Source: Nitrospirota bacterium
GTDB lineage: Bacteria > Nitrospirota > UBA9217
DNA length: 64,000 nt
Assembly: GCA_963737155.1 (NCBI GenBank)
Contig: CAVTRN010000002.1
Span: 928,001-992,000 of the forward strand
Reading direction: 5' to 3'
Under the pieces are notes generated by a model. The model worked only from the letters and a program-made list of their open reading frames with translations, ran no database searches and was not told the DNA's origin. Each line of letters starts with the position of its first letter. The stretch's first letter is position 1. This document shows positions 41,239 to 51,828 of the stretch, one piece after another. A program made the position numbers and the translations under genes.

Positions 41239-41343
41239 CCCCGCAGCTTCCTGCGGGCCACCTTGTAGAGGGAAGAGTGAGAGAAACCGTAGGTTTCTCT
41301 GTTGAAAAATCTGCTTTGATACCCCCGCCAGCTCGCTGCGAGG
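41239..41343. repeat. Pair of degenerate REP-like palindromes flanking a hairpin
   Basis: CCCCGCAGCTTCCTGCGGG and CCCCGCCAGCTCGCTGCGAGG surround AGAGAAACC-gta-GGTTTCTCT. Confidence 0.4.
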
Positions 41344-42123
41344 TGTTTATTGGATGGTAAAAGAGAAGGTTCTCACCACGTAATAATTTGTAACATAAGG
41401 CGTGTGAAAGGTCAAGAAAAAAAATAATATTTTAAACATTTTTTAATGGTCTAATATTGTACTATCTAAAAATTGAAACAAAAAAATAGTGTTTTAATGC
41501 TGAGGGAACTGGGTTTCTCGGCAGGACTTTTTGCTCCGGATTTTACCTCGTCTACGTTGTTTCCCAACGGTTTGTATCGGCAGGGTATGCTGAACTTCCG
41601 TCAGAGGAAATGGTATTCCTGTAAAGTTAAGTGTTTCCTCGTGTAAATTGCCGCTTGGCACAGCCTGCGGTCAAAAATATAGCTGCCGGATGCGGAGGTG
41701 GGAACAGAAGTAAAAAAAGATGGAAAGAGAATAATCAATCGCGTCGGGACGTGGCTATTCACCATCCGGCTACGGCGTGGTGCTTCAGGCAAATAATAAG
41801 GGGCATTCGGATTTTTCGGTTAGTCCATAGAGTTGGTCGAAAGAAATTCTTCTGGGGTCATTAAGTCAATGACCTCTTTGCGTGGGAACAAATATCAACC
41901 AGATAGACCTAAATATCCTTTCTATCAGAATTTTACAGTTATCAACCATTAAATCCGAATACCCATAATAAATAATAGTTCTTGAATGTGCTGTGTAAAA
42001 AGAGGATAATAAAAAAAGAAATGTGCATTCACGCTGCTGCGATACTGTCCCCAACAAGCTAAATTTTCGTTCGGGCTCTCCTGGTACGTGAAAAACACCT
42101 GGTTATGCTTCAAGGAGACCATA

Positions 42124-43629
42124 ATGAACATACTTCTCGTCTATCCGCAGTATCCCATAACCTTCTGGAGCTTCAAGTACGCTCTAAAGTTTATCGCAAA
42201 GAAAGCGAGCTTGCCGCCCCTGGGACTTATGACTGTTGCCGCCATGCTACCCCCGGCGTGGGAGCAGCGACTCATTGATCTGAACACCAAGAAGCTAAAG
42301 GACGCCGATCTGCTCTGGGCAGACTACGTGATGATTTCCGCCATGTCCATCCAGAAGGACTCCGCCGATGCGATTATTGAGCGCTGCCGACGGCTCGGTG
42401 TGAAAGTGATCGCCGGCGGCCCGCTCTTCACCGCCCATCAGGGGGATTATGGTCATGTGGACCACCTAGTGCTGAACGAGGCCGAGGTCACTCTGCCACA
42501 GTTCCTTACCGACCTGGAACAGGGGCGGCCGCAGCGGGTGTATACCTCTGAGCGCTGGGCGGACCTCGCCAAGACCCCCTCGCCACGCTTCGATCTCGTG
42601 GATATGAAACATTATGCTTCCATGAACATCCAATATTCCCGTGGATGCCCCTTTGACTGCGATTTCTGCAACATAACGGTGCTCTACGGCCGGGCACCGC
42701 GGACCAAGGGCGCGGCACAGATCGTGGCCGAACTCGATGCGCTCTACCTCCGGGGCTGGCGGAGCAGCGTTTTCATCGTGGACGACAACTTCATTGGGAA
42801 CAAGGGGAAGCTCAAGAATGAGGTGCTGCCGGCCATCATTGCTTGGATGGAGCAGCGCAGGCATCCTTTCAAGCTCTATACTGAAGTGTCCATTAATCTT
42901 GCCGACGATGAGGGACTGATGGCACTCATGGTTCGTGCTGGGTTCGACCAGGTGTTCGTGGGCATCGAATCCCCGAACGAGGAAAGCCTTGCTGAGTGCA
43001 GCAAGCGCCAGAACCGGAACCGCGATCTGATCGCGAACGTCCGTAAGATCCAGCACGCCGGCCTCGAGGTCCAGGCAGGGTTCATCGTGGGGTTCGACAA
43101 GGATCCCGCTGCGATCTTCGAGCGGCTGATTGCCTTCATCCAGGAGAGCGGCATTGTGACCGCCATGGTGGGGCTTTTGAACGCTCCGGTGGGCACCAAA
43201 TTGCACCGACGCCTGGAGCAGGAGGGCCGAATCATCACGACTGTAAGTGGCGATAACACCGACTTCTCGATTAACTTCGTCCCGAAAATGAGCAGCGACG
43301 CCCTCGTCAGCGGATATCGGCGGATCCTGGGTACCATCTATTCACCCAAGCATTATTACGCACGGGTTCGGAAGTTCCTGCAGGAGTACCGGCCGCCGCG
43401 GAAGACCGGAGGCCGCCTCCGGCTCATGCATGTACGGGCCGTGGTCCAGTCCATTGTTCGACTCGGCATCATCGGCAGGGAACGTTATCAGTACTGGAAA
43501 TTGTTTTTCTGGTCCCTGTTCCGGAGGCCGCGGCTCTTTCCGCTCGCCATCACTCTCTCGATTTACGGCTTCCATTTTCGCCAGGTCTTCCGGCGTCACG
43601 AGAAGCGGTACCGTACGGAGCGCATATAA
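42124..43629 (+). CDS. B12-binding radical SAM protein (DUF4070-type C-terminus)
   Basis: PPLGLMTVAA, GGP, SRGCPFDCDFC, VDDNF; RBS AAGGAG. Confidence 0.9.
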   Translation: MNILLVYPQYPITFWSFKYALKFIAKKASLPPLGLMTVAAMLPPAWEQRLIDLNTKKLKDADLLWADYVMISAMSIQKDSADAIIERCRRLGVKVIAGGPLFTAHQGDYGHVDHLVLNEAEVTLPQFLTDLEQGRPQRVYTSERWADLAKTPSPRFDLVDMKHYASMNIQYSRGCPFDCDFCNITVLYGRAPRTKGAAQIVAELDALYLRGWRSSVFIVDDNFIGNKGKLKNEVLPAIIAWMEQRRHPFKLYTEVSINLADDEGLMALMVRAGFDQVFVGIESPNEESLAECSKRQNRNRDLIANVRKIQHAGLEVQAGFIVGFDKDPAAIFERLIAFIQESGIVTAMVGLLNAPVGTKLHRRLEQEGRIITTVSGDNTDFSINFVPKMSSDALVSGYRRILGTIYSPKHYYARVRKFLQEYRPPRKTGGRLRLMHVRAVVQSIVRLGIIGRERYQYWKLFFWSLFRRPRLFPLAITLSIYGFHFRQVFRRHEKRYRTERI

Positions 43630-43932
43630 CTTGCGGGGATCATCGAGGGGAGCCCCTTTGCTGAAATCTGTGCCAGCATGTCTGCTTTGACCGTATCTAA
43701 AACCAGCGCATTATAGGGACGGTATCAAAGCTGGACCGATCCGCAAATTCATTTATTAATTCAGACAGGCTGACATTCGGAGCAACCATGTCGGCGCCGG
43801 ATGTCCGCATTCCCAATTTCCAACCTCAAAAAAATACCAATAAAACACAGAAATACAAGAGTCATAAACCCCCGCATTAAAGCGTCTCGTTATAAAAAAT
43901 CAAAATTGGCCTTAATAATGTGCCGATAATTC

Positions 43933-44020
43933 AGGATAAAATAAGTCCTAAATTATGACTTGACATGTTTTCCTCTTTATGTTAATAAGGACTAAATAAG
44001 TCCTATATTATTTTAAGGAG
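43933..44020 (+). promoter_or_regulatory. sigma70 promoter flanked by two AGGAC-N7-GTCCT-type operators
   Basis: AGGATAAAATAAGTCCT (43933-43949) and AGGACTAAATAAGTCCT (43988-44004) flank TTGACA at 43960; AAGGAG follows. Confidence 0.65.
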
Positions 44021-44830
44021 CGAAACTACCGCTGTGTGACGGAAGTCCAGAAGTATTGTCCTAACACTATGCTGGTAAGCCGCGGAATATCCCGATGGTC
44101 CAATGCTATGTTTCGAGAATTGGCTCATGATGTGCTTTGGCGTTGATTTGGTGGCCGCTAGGCGAGAGAATCACCTGATATTGTTAGATTGTGAACAGCC
44201 GGATGGATCTTGTTCGCTTTTTTTGAGGATGCGGAGTGGAAAGCACCTTGCTGCAATTGCGGCAGTATCAAAGAACTGCCAACAACGCCTTCCCGATTAT
44301 TCAGGCAATGAGGACGACAGGTATCATCGGCGGTCGCACGGGCCGGGTTCACGTCGAATTGCTGGAAGGGCATGCATCTGACACGTTCTGCAAACGGTCG
44401 GATAACGCCGTCAATATATACGCCTCATTTTAAAAAGAATTGTTTCCCCAGATCTGTAATTTTATGCCCACGCTCTACGTCATCCTGGCCAGGGGCCTTG
44501 ATCTCCACGGAGTCAAGTATGGGTAAAGACAAGCTTCAGGACGGGAGGCCAAAAGTGAAAGCCCGACTATCGGTTTGCTCTCTGCTATAATATAAGGCGT
44601 ACGCCTAGGCGATCGCACGGTTCGTTGTTTTACAGATGGGTTGCTCTGCAGACCCATTTACTTATCCGTTGAGAGGAGTTCTTCGCTGAAGGGGCTGAAG
44701 TGATAGAAGGAGGAGGGAAAACGGTATTGCTAAACTTCTATAATATATCATTTTTGTCCAAAAGTTCTTGTGTTCTAAATTAAGAAATTTACAGCTGCAA
44801 TTGTCCTGATTCGATGAGAAGGAGGTTCCT

Positions 44831-46138
44831 ATGGACGTCGTATCGTTAAGCAGGTTACAGTTCGCCGTAACGAGCATGTTCCACTTCATATTCGTCCCGC
44901 TGACGCTGGGGCTGTCAATCATGACAGCTTACATGGAAACGCGCTGGGTGCAAACGGGGAATGAAACGTATTTGAAAATGACCAAGTTCTGGGGGAAGCT
45001 GTTCCTGATTAACTTCGCCCTCGGCGTAGTCACGGGCATCACCATGGAGTTCCAGTTCGGCATGAATTGGGCGGAATACTCCAAGTACGTGGGGGACATT
45101 TTTGGGGCGCCTCTTGCTATTGAAGCGACGGTTGCATTTTTCATGGAATCGGTCTTTATAGGCCTTTGGATATTCGGCTGGAACCGTGTCTCGAAAAAAG
45201 TACATGCCCTCTCCATCTGGCTGGTGGCGTTTGCGACCAATCTGTCGGCACTCTGGATACTTCTGGCCAACGGATGGATGCAGCATCCGGTAGGGTATGT
45301 GCTCAGGAACGGTCGTGCGGAAATGGTGGATTTCGGAGCTCTCATCACGAACCCTACTGGATGGTATAAGTTCTTGCACACCGTGACGTCAGGTTACGTG
45401 GTAGCGGCTTTCTTTGTTATGGGGATCTCCGCCTATCACCTTTTGCGGAAGAACGAGGTCGAGTTTTTTAAGCGGTCCTTCCGAATGGCAGCCTTCTTCG
45501 GACTCGTTTCCACCATCCTCGTGGCAATAGGCGGGGATTTCTCTGCCGCCAATATGGCCAAAACCCAGCCAACCAAATTCGCAGCCGCAGAGTCAATCTG
45601 GGAGACGCAAAAAGGCGCGGGATTTAACTTCATCGTTTTTCCGAACGCGGAGCGCGAATGCAATCAGGTAGAGGGTCTCTGCATACCGAATGGCCTCAGC
45701 CTACTTGCGTTCCATACTCCCAATGCCGAGATTAAGGGGCTCAAGGCCTTTCCCAAGGAGGAACGGCCGCCGGTCGGCCCCACCTTCGTCAGCTTTCGGC
45801 TGATGTTCACCTTGGGATTCATTTTGATACTGCTTTCCCTCCTGGCCGTTGTGTATGGAAGAAAAGACACGTTGGTTTCACATCGGTTCTTTCTGACCAT
45901 TATGCTCTATGCCATTCCGCTTCCGTATCTTGCTGCCCAACTCGGATGGATCGTGGCTGAAGTGGGCAGGCAGCCTTGGATCGTATATGGTGTGCTGAAA
46001 ACATCTGCGGCAGTTTCACAATCCATCAGTACGGCGCAGGTCTGGGTTTCCCTGCTTGGCTTTACCCTACTCTATGGCAGTCTGGGAGTGGTCGACGTGT
46101 ATCTGTTGACGAGGTACGCGAAAAAAGGGCCGCAATGA
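44831..46138 (+). CDS. cydA: Cytochrome bd ubiquinol oxidase subunit I
   Basis: LSRLQFA..MFHFIFVPLT, EFQFGMNW, QPTKFAA.E, EVGRQPW. Confidence 0.97.
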   Translation: MDVVSLSRLQFAVTSMFHFIFVPLTLGLSIMTAYMETRWVQTGNETYLKMTKFWGKLFLINFALGVVTGITMEFQFGMNWAEYSKYVGDIFGAPLAIEATVAFFMESVFIGLWIFGWNRVSKKVHALSIWLVAFATNLSALWILLANGWMQHPVGYVLRNGRAEMVDFGALITNPTGWYKFLHTVTSGYVVAAFFVMGISAYHLLRKNEVEFFKRSFRMAAFFGLVSTILVAIGGDFSAANMAKTQPTKFAAAESIWETQKGAGFNFIVFPNAERECNQVEGLCIPNGLSLLAFHTPNAEIKGLKAFPKEERPPVGPTFVSFRLMFTLGFILILLSLLAVVYGRKDTLVSHRFFLTIMLYAIPLPYLAAQLGWIVAEVGRQPWIVYGVLKTSAAVSQSISTAQVWVSLLGFTLLYGSLGVVDVYLLTRYAKKGPQ

Positions 46139-46181
46139 CAAGCTCTCAGCAAAGTTTATTAGAAAAGAGAGGAGGCATAAT

Positions 46182-47210
46182 ATGGAATTTCAGGTGATTT
46201 GGTTTGTTCTTTGGGCTGTGTTATGGGCTGTATACTTTATGCTCGATGGCTTCGTACTGGGTTCCGGGATGCTGCACAATTTTCTCGGGAAGAGCGATGC
46301 GGAGAAACGTGTTATGATCAATGCAGTGGGCCCCGTGTGGGACGGAAACGAGGTCTGGCTCCTTACGGCAGGCGGCGCCACGTTTGCGGCCTTTCCCAGA
46401 ACTTATGCATTGATGTTCAGCTACCTTTATACCGCCCTGCTCCTTTTGCTCTTTGCACTGATCATCCGTGGGGTATCAATTGAATTCCGGGGAAAGGGCG
46501 AAGGTGCCGGATGGAAAAAAGCGTGGGATATCGGCATCGGGGTAGGCAGCTTTTTGCCGGCGCTGCTGTTCGGCGTGGCTTTTGGGAACATATTTGAAGG
46601 CCTGGCCATGGATGCCGCCGGGTATCACGGGTCGCTCATCTCGCTGCTGAATATTTATGGATTGATCACGGGCCTGCTTTTTGTTTTGCTTTTCCTAGTT
46701 CACGGCTCGTTGTACCTCAGCTTAAAAACCACAGACGATTTGAGCAAAAAAGCCGCCAATACGGCGAAGAAGACATGGCCGGTCCTCCTGATTGTCGCCG
46801 TCGTATTCCTGATCGCAACGGCTTTTGCGACGAGGTTGTATGACAACTACCTGGCAACGCCGTTGTTGCTCATTGTCCCGATCATCGCGGTCAGCGCTCT
46901 GATCGGCATGAGAATATTCATGGCGAAGGGGGCCAATCTGCTCGCTTTTGCCTCGTCCTGCATTACGGTGGTGGCGGTGGTTTTTACCGGTGTAATCGGG
47001 CTGTTCCCGAACCTGATCCCGTCGAGCATAGATGCTGCCTCCAGTCTTACGATCTATAATTCATCGTCCAGCGCCTATACGCTGAAGATAATGACCGTTG
47101 TGGCGTTTATTTTCGTACCTATCATCATTGCGTATAAAATCTGGGTCTACAGGATTTTCCGTGGCCGGCTCAGTGTGGATGACTTAATAAAAGATCGGGA
47201 AGCATACTGA
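46182..47210 (+). CDS. cydB: Cytochrome bd ubiquinol oxidase subunit II
   Basis: YFMLDGF, GPVWDGNEVWL..GGA.FAAFP. Confidence 0.97.
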   Translation: MEFQVIWFVLWAVLWAVYFMLDGFVLGSGMLHNFLGKSDAEKRVMINAVGPVWDGNEVWLLTAGGATFAAFPRTYALMFSYLYTALLLLLFALIIRGVSIEFRGKGEGAGWKKAWDIGIGVGSFLPALLFGVAFGNIFEGLAMDAAGYHGSLISLLNIYGLITGLLFVLLFLVHGSLYLSLKTTDDLSKKAANTAKKTWPVLLIVAVVFLIATAFATRLYDNYLATPLLLIVPIIAVSALIGMRIFMAKGANLLAFASSCITVVAVVFTGVIGLFPNLIPSSIDAASSLTIYNSSSSAYTLKIMTVVAFIFVPIIIAYKIWVYRIFRGRLSVDDLIKDREAY

Positions 47211-47488
47211 GAAGAACGTCTAGTCGCGCGCAAGCCTGATGCGGCAGGAGATTATCGGCTCCTGCCGCAGTGTTCTTATCACCTGAATCCTCAAGCGCAA
47301 TAAAAGTTTAAACTGCCAAAGAAATGTGAAGCACATTTAATTTGATTGATGTCCCGGTTTGACCTTATGTGGTGCGACGCATAAGGCCGTCTTTTCCCCT
47401 CCTGACAAGAAACAAAGAATCCCCTCTTGACCCGGTGCCCTCCTTTCTGTATGATTCATGAAGAACTGCCGTCCATTCAGGAATTACC

Positions 47489-48658
47489 ATGACAATAAAT
47501 AGCGCCATATTCGAGAGCCGCACGGATTTCAATGAAGATATTCAGCCCACGCCTAAGGATCTTGCGGCATTTCTTGCGAATCCTGGCAAGGCAGTCGGCG
47601 AGGATCCGCGTATCAACGATCTGGATGTTTACCGAAAGTTTCTCAAAGAGGCCGATGAATATAAGCAACACCAGGTATCAGCGGCGCCGGACATCCAGCA
47701 GCGGATATTGTTCGGCGTGCTCGACCATACAAAATTCATCAACCCTGTACTCCTGTCGGAAGTGGAGATGTATGCCTATCAAGTGCACAGACTCGAGTCC
47801 CTCGATTTTAAGAACCCTGCGACATTCATCAAGGCGGCGGAACATGAAATGACCCGCCTCAGCATAAAGAAAATCAACGATGTGATGAGGATGGAAAGAC
47901 TCCGGCAAATGATCGCGGAACGGAAAAAGGTTCTCGCAATACTCAAGAAACAGTGGTTGGAAATAACCCCTGAACTGCGCCGTATCGCGCTGTATGTGAG
48001 GCAAAATCTGGTCAGGCTTGAAAAACTCTGCGAAACGTCAGTCGTCATTCTCGCGGAAGCCGGCATCGGGCGAACAAAGGAAAAGCAGCTGATTGAAAAT
48101 GTTAATAACTTTTTCAGGGAGCTTCTGAAAAGAGCCCTGCACCAGGGCAAGATTACCAGGCAGAACCTGGAAAAAGCCAGGGATGAAGTGGAGATGGTAA
48201 CAACGGAGTTGTCAGTACTCATCACCGAGGATGGTGACGCTCTTACAAAATGGTATGAAACGATACATGATCATGTAAAAGCGTCGTCGAAGGACATTGC
48301 CGGCTTGCTGGCCGACATCGAAAGCAAAAAGAGTGGGACTGTTCTGGAGAACCTCAGGCTTTTCAAGCAGCTTGAGCATGTCCTCGTGTCGCTTTTGTCG
48401 GGTTGTCGCCTTGAAATAAAACCGGCCAGGATTGGCCAGGGTACGCCGCACGACAGCATTGTCAATGCAAAAAGAATGGAGATGCTCGACTATCTCTTTG
48501 AACAGGTGCATAAGGAGCGCAGGACCCGGTCGGACCGCAGGGGCCGGCCGAATCGGAGGAAAGCAAATGATTCGAACTATCAGGGGCCTGAAAGGAGAAG
48601 CGGTCGGGACAGACGAAGCGTAAAAAGCCGCAGAAGCTCGATGGCTGCATCTCTATGA
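47489..48658 (+). CDS. Helical hypothetical protein with a C-terminal Arg-rich (YxGPERR) tail
   Basis: Long ORF with a coiled-coil body and the tail ERRTRSDRR..NRR..YQGPERRSGRDRR. Confidence 0.7.
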   Translation: MTINSAIFESRTDFNEDIQPTPKDLAAFLANPGKAVGEDPRINDLDVYRKFLKEADEYKQHQVSAAPDIQQRILFGVLDHTKFINPVLLSEVEMYAYQVHRLESLDFKNPATFIKAAEHEMTRLSIKKINDVMRMERLRQMIAERKKVLAILKKQWLEITPELRRIALYVRQNLVRLEKLCETSVVILAEAGIGRTKEKQLIENVNNFFRELLKRALHQGKITRQNLEKARDEVEMVTTELSVLITEDGDALTKWYETIHDHVKASSKDIAGLLADIESKKSGTVLENLRLFKQLEHVLVSLLSGCRLEIKPARIGQGTPHDSIVNAKRMEMLDYLFEQVHKERRTRSDRRGRPNRRKANDSNYQGPERRSGRDRRSVKSRRSSMAASL

Positions 48659-50865
48659 AAAGATACTGTTACTGTCTGTTTCTGGCGATATTTCTTTGTT
48701 CATGCGGCGGGCGTTTCCCGTTGTTGCCAAGAGAGCGAGAGCAGAATCCTTTTTCCTATTGTGACTTGCTCAATGTGCCTTCGCAACCCTATCCTATCCT
48801 GAAACCGAAAACCTATCTCGGCATATACCTGGCTTCCCAGAAAGTTGAAAAAGCCCCCCCGCAATGCAAGGAAAACTATTTTGTGCAGGTTGGCGGGATC
48901 ATAAACGGTTCTCCGGCGGCAAAGTCCGGTCTTATGAACGAGGATGTCATCCTGTCACTGAATAATAATCCCATCTGCGGTGACGCGGTTCATGTCGCGC
49001 AATTATTTAAAAAAATGATCGAGCGGGAACAAATCGGATCTCTCGCCATGCTTGAAATTCTTCGCGGCGATCGTACGCTATCGATCCCCGTCACACTGGA
49101 GGAGCTGCCCACCCATGAGCAGAGGGAGGCGAGTCATCCTGAAATCGGGACATGCCCAACCCAAACCTCTTTGCTGGACAATGCCCTGGTCGCGCAAGGA
49201 GCACTTCCCGCATTGAAAGTTGTTTACGACGGCTTGTATGAGCGGTCGGACATCGTTCACAACCCCGGATCGGCACTGGAAAATAAATCGCATCCGCTCC
49301 AGCTGGAAGAAGTGACCTACCTGTTGCGGCACCCCCTGCAGGCTGGAGAAGTCGCGAAAGAATTGTCTCACAGCATCAGCGAGCCTTTCGAAAACGATGA
49401 CTGGAATCCCGCTGAGGGCGTGCGTCGCGCCGCGGCACTTGTCGATGTGAGCCTCCCGTCTCCGGAAAAACCGGAGGAAATCACGTTTCCCGCGCTCCTT
49501 CATGTTATGGAAGAAACAAAGAAGAGAATTGACGCCGCTCTGTCCAATCTGACGCCGGATGAAAAAAAGCTGTTGGAGGAAAAGGCCCTCAATCCCTCAG
49601 ACGACAGCCAATGGAACAGGATACTGGAAGTCTCCCTGAAGGTGGATCGCACCGCGCTGTTCCAAGCCTTTACTCCTTTCCTCGCTTTTCTCACACGCGA
49701 CAATCTGTCGCTTTTAAAAGCGGATGTGATAAAGCGTTTTGGCGGAAACAAAGGACCCATTCTCTATGAAGCCATGAGCCCCATCGGCAAGGTGATAGTC
49801 GGCGGTAAGGGGCCGAACGTATATACCGACGATGCTGCACTTATTCTCGATCTTGGCGGTGACGACCTCTATCTCAACAATGCAGGCGGGACAAGGCCCG
49901 GCATGCCACTCGCTTTAGTCATAGACTGGGGAGGAAACAACCGCTACATAAGCAAGGAAAATTTCTCCCAGGGTGCCGGCCTCTTGGGCGGCGGCTTTCT
50001 GATCGATCTTGGCGGCAACGCCACCTTCATTTCACGGGATGGCAGCCAGGGCGCGGGCTTCTGGGGGATCGGTCTCCTTTATCACGGCGATGGAACAGGA
50101 GTATTCAGCTCCCGGGAATTCAGCCAGGGTACGGGACAGATGGGTATCGGAATTCTTGTGAGCAGAAAAGGGGATGACCAATATCTTTGCTCGTACGGGG
50201 GGCAGGGGCTGGGACTGTTTGGAGGGGCGGGAATCCTGTTTGATGAAGCAGGTAACGATTTTTATCAGCTGGGAGGCCTGGAACCGGATTTTCGTGATCC
50301 CAAGATGTCTACGCAAAGCATGGGCCAGGGGTTCGGCTTGGGAGAAAGACCGGATAAAGACAAGAACGGGGTGCCAGGCGGCGTTGGTATGCTGATCAAT
50401 GGCGGTGGAAATGACACCTATATTGCCGACTATTTTGCCCAGGGAGCATCCTATTATTATGGTTTGGGCATCCTGGACGACAGGACGGGCAATGACCAGT
50501 ATATATCGGGACGCTATAGCCAGGGCGCGGGGATCCATTCCTCTATCGGCGTTCTCATTGACCGTTCGGGTAATAATTTCTATTATAACTCCTTCGGGGT
50601 GGGACAGGGGATGGGACACGATTACGGCGTCGGATTTTTCGAGGATGACGGCGGAGAGGACCATTATCAGGGAGGGACTCTGGTGCAGGGTGCGGCAACA
50701 AATGGGGGTCTCGGAATATTTATTGATTTGGCGGGAAAAGAGGAACATTCCTTCGTCAGCCAAGGGCAGGGATATGTTGAAGGGGAAAAGGGGATCGGCA
50801 TTTATATTAGCGGGGGAAGCCTTGAACAAGCACCTGCCATCAAGATCGGGACAGGGAAGGAATGA
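48655..50865 (+). CDS. PDZ-domain lipoprotein with Gly-rich GxDxY/QG beta-solenoid repeats
   Basis: Lipobox-like LCSC, PDZ (SPAAKSGL..DVI), repeated D..G.D.Y....QG.G. Confidence 0.75.
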   Translation: MKRYCYCLFLAIFLCSCGGRFPLLPREREQNPFSYCDLLNVPSQPYPILKPKTYLGIYLASQKVEKAPPQCKENYFVQVGGIINGSPAAKSGLMNEDVILSLNNNPICGDAVHVAQLFKKMIEREQIGSLAMLEILRGDRTLSIPVTLEELPTHEQREASHPEIGTCPTQTSLLDNALVAQGALPALKVVYDGLYERSDIVHNPGSALENKSHPLQLEEVTYLLRHPLQAGEVAKELSHSISEPFENDDWNPAEGVRRAAALVDVSLPSPEKPEEITFPALLHVMEETKKRIDAALSNLTPDEKKLLEEKALNPSDDSQWNRILEVSLKVDRTALFQAFTPFLAFLTRDNLSLLKADVIKRFGGNKGPILYEAMSPIGKVIVGGKGPNVYTDDAALILDLGGDDLYLNNAGGTRPGMPLALVIDWGGNNRYISKENFSQGAGLLGGGFLIDLGGNATFISRDGSQGAGFWGIGLLYHGDGTGVFSSREFSQGTGQMGIGILVSRKGDDQYLCSYGGQGLGLFGGAGILFDEAGNDFYQLGGLEPDFRDPKMSTQSMGQGFGLGERPDKDKNGVPGGVGMLINGGGNDTYIADYFAQGASYYYGLGILDDRTGNDQYISGRYSQGAGIHSSIGVLIDRSGNNFYYNSFGVGQGMGHDYGVGFFEDDGGEDHYQGGTLVQGAATNGGLGIFIDLAGKEEHSFVSQGQGYVEGEKGIGIYISGGSLEQAPAIKIGTGKE

Positions 50866-51053
50866 AAAGGTTTTGGCGGATGGATCATAAATTTTGGGTC
50901 ACATTGTTTTGAGGTTTTAATCTTCGGCCCATGGCCATGCTTAAGTATCAGTATAATATTATCTTGATTTTACAATCAGTGACACAAACAGTGATAACCT
51001 TGACTTTGACCTTTTTACTCATATAATAATTGCATATATTAGAGGTGCATAAT

Positions 51054-51270
51054 ATGCGTGTAACATTAAACATACCTGATGACTTTACTGCTGAGGCTCA
51101 GCATGCAACCGGCGAAAAATCCGAGACTAAATCATAACTATCGCTATTCAGGAATTCATCCGACAAAAGAAAATGATGGATTGATCGCGCTCCGAGGTAA
51201 AATCAAGACCGATTACGACGGGGAAAAAGCGGAAGAACGCGAGATTAAAGCGCAGCGGGGCAGGGAGAAT
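51054..51270 (+). pseudogene. Frameshifted VapB-type (RHH) antitoxin remnant with no toxin
   Basis: MRVTLNIPDDF...TGEKS, IAIQEFIRQKK and LIALRGKIKTDYD lie in different frames; RBS GAGGTG. Confidence 0.6.
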
Positions 51271-51353
51271 TTATTTATTATAGAAATTCACCGAGTGGTC
51301 GACGTCTCTCGTCGTTTAGCTTATAATTTGCAAAAGAAGGAAAGGAGCACAAT

Positions 51354-51728
51354 GTGAAAAAAATCTTAAAGATCACCTTTTATTCATTTGTATTTACTCT
51401 CGCAGCCATTTCCTTTTGCAGGACCATAATGGCATGCCAGGTTGATGAATTTTTTCTCACCAAGCCGGGATATTTGGCCTCTTCCAGCCCCGAGCGGCTG
51501 CAGGAAGCAAACCGTTATGTACAGGCCGGCAACAAGAGTAAGTTGGACGACCTCATAAAAAGCAAACTTGTCCTGATGCTCAAAGACGGCGTGAAAGTGC
51601 AGGCCTTGGAATGGTCAGTTGAAGAGAAGATGATTAAAATCAAGTTCGAGGGCAGCAAAGATTTCTACTGGGTGAACGATGGAGCATTAAAGCAGATCAA
51701 AGCCATCGACACATGTGAAAAAAAATAA
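51354..51728 (+). CDS. Small exported hypothetical protein
   Basis: RBS AAGGAG, signal peptide, SH3-like ending (YWVNDGAL). Confidence 0.65.
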   Translation: MKKILKITFYSFVFTLAAISFCRTIMACQVDEFFLTKPGYLASSSPERLQEANRYVQAGNKSKLDDLIKSKLVLMLKDGVKVQALEWSVEEKMIKIKFEGSKDFYWVNDGALKQIKAIDTCEKK

Positions 51729-51828
51729 AGATATGGACGTAACTTTTTTAAGCCATAAGAGCGGACAAGCGGAAATGGCGAAATAAGAACCCTGCTCGAT
51801 CTCGTAGGTAACTATCAAGAACAAGACC

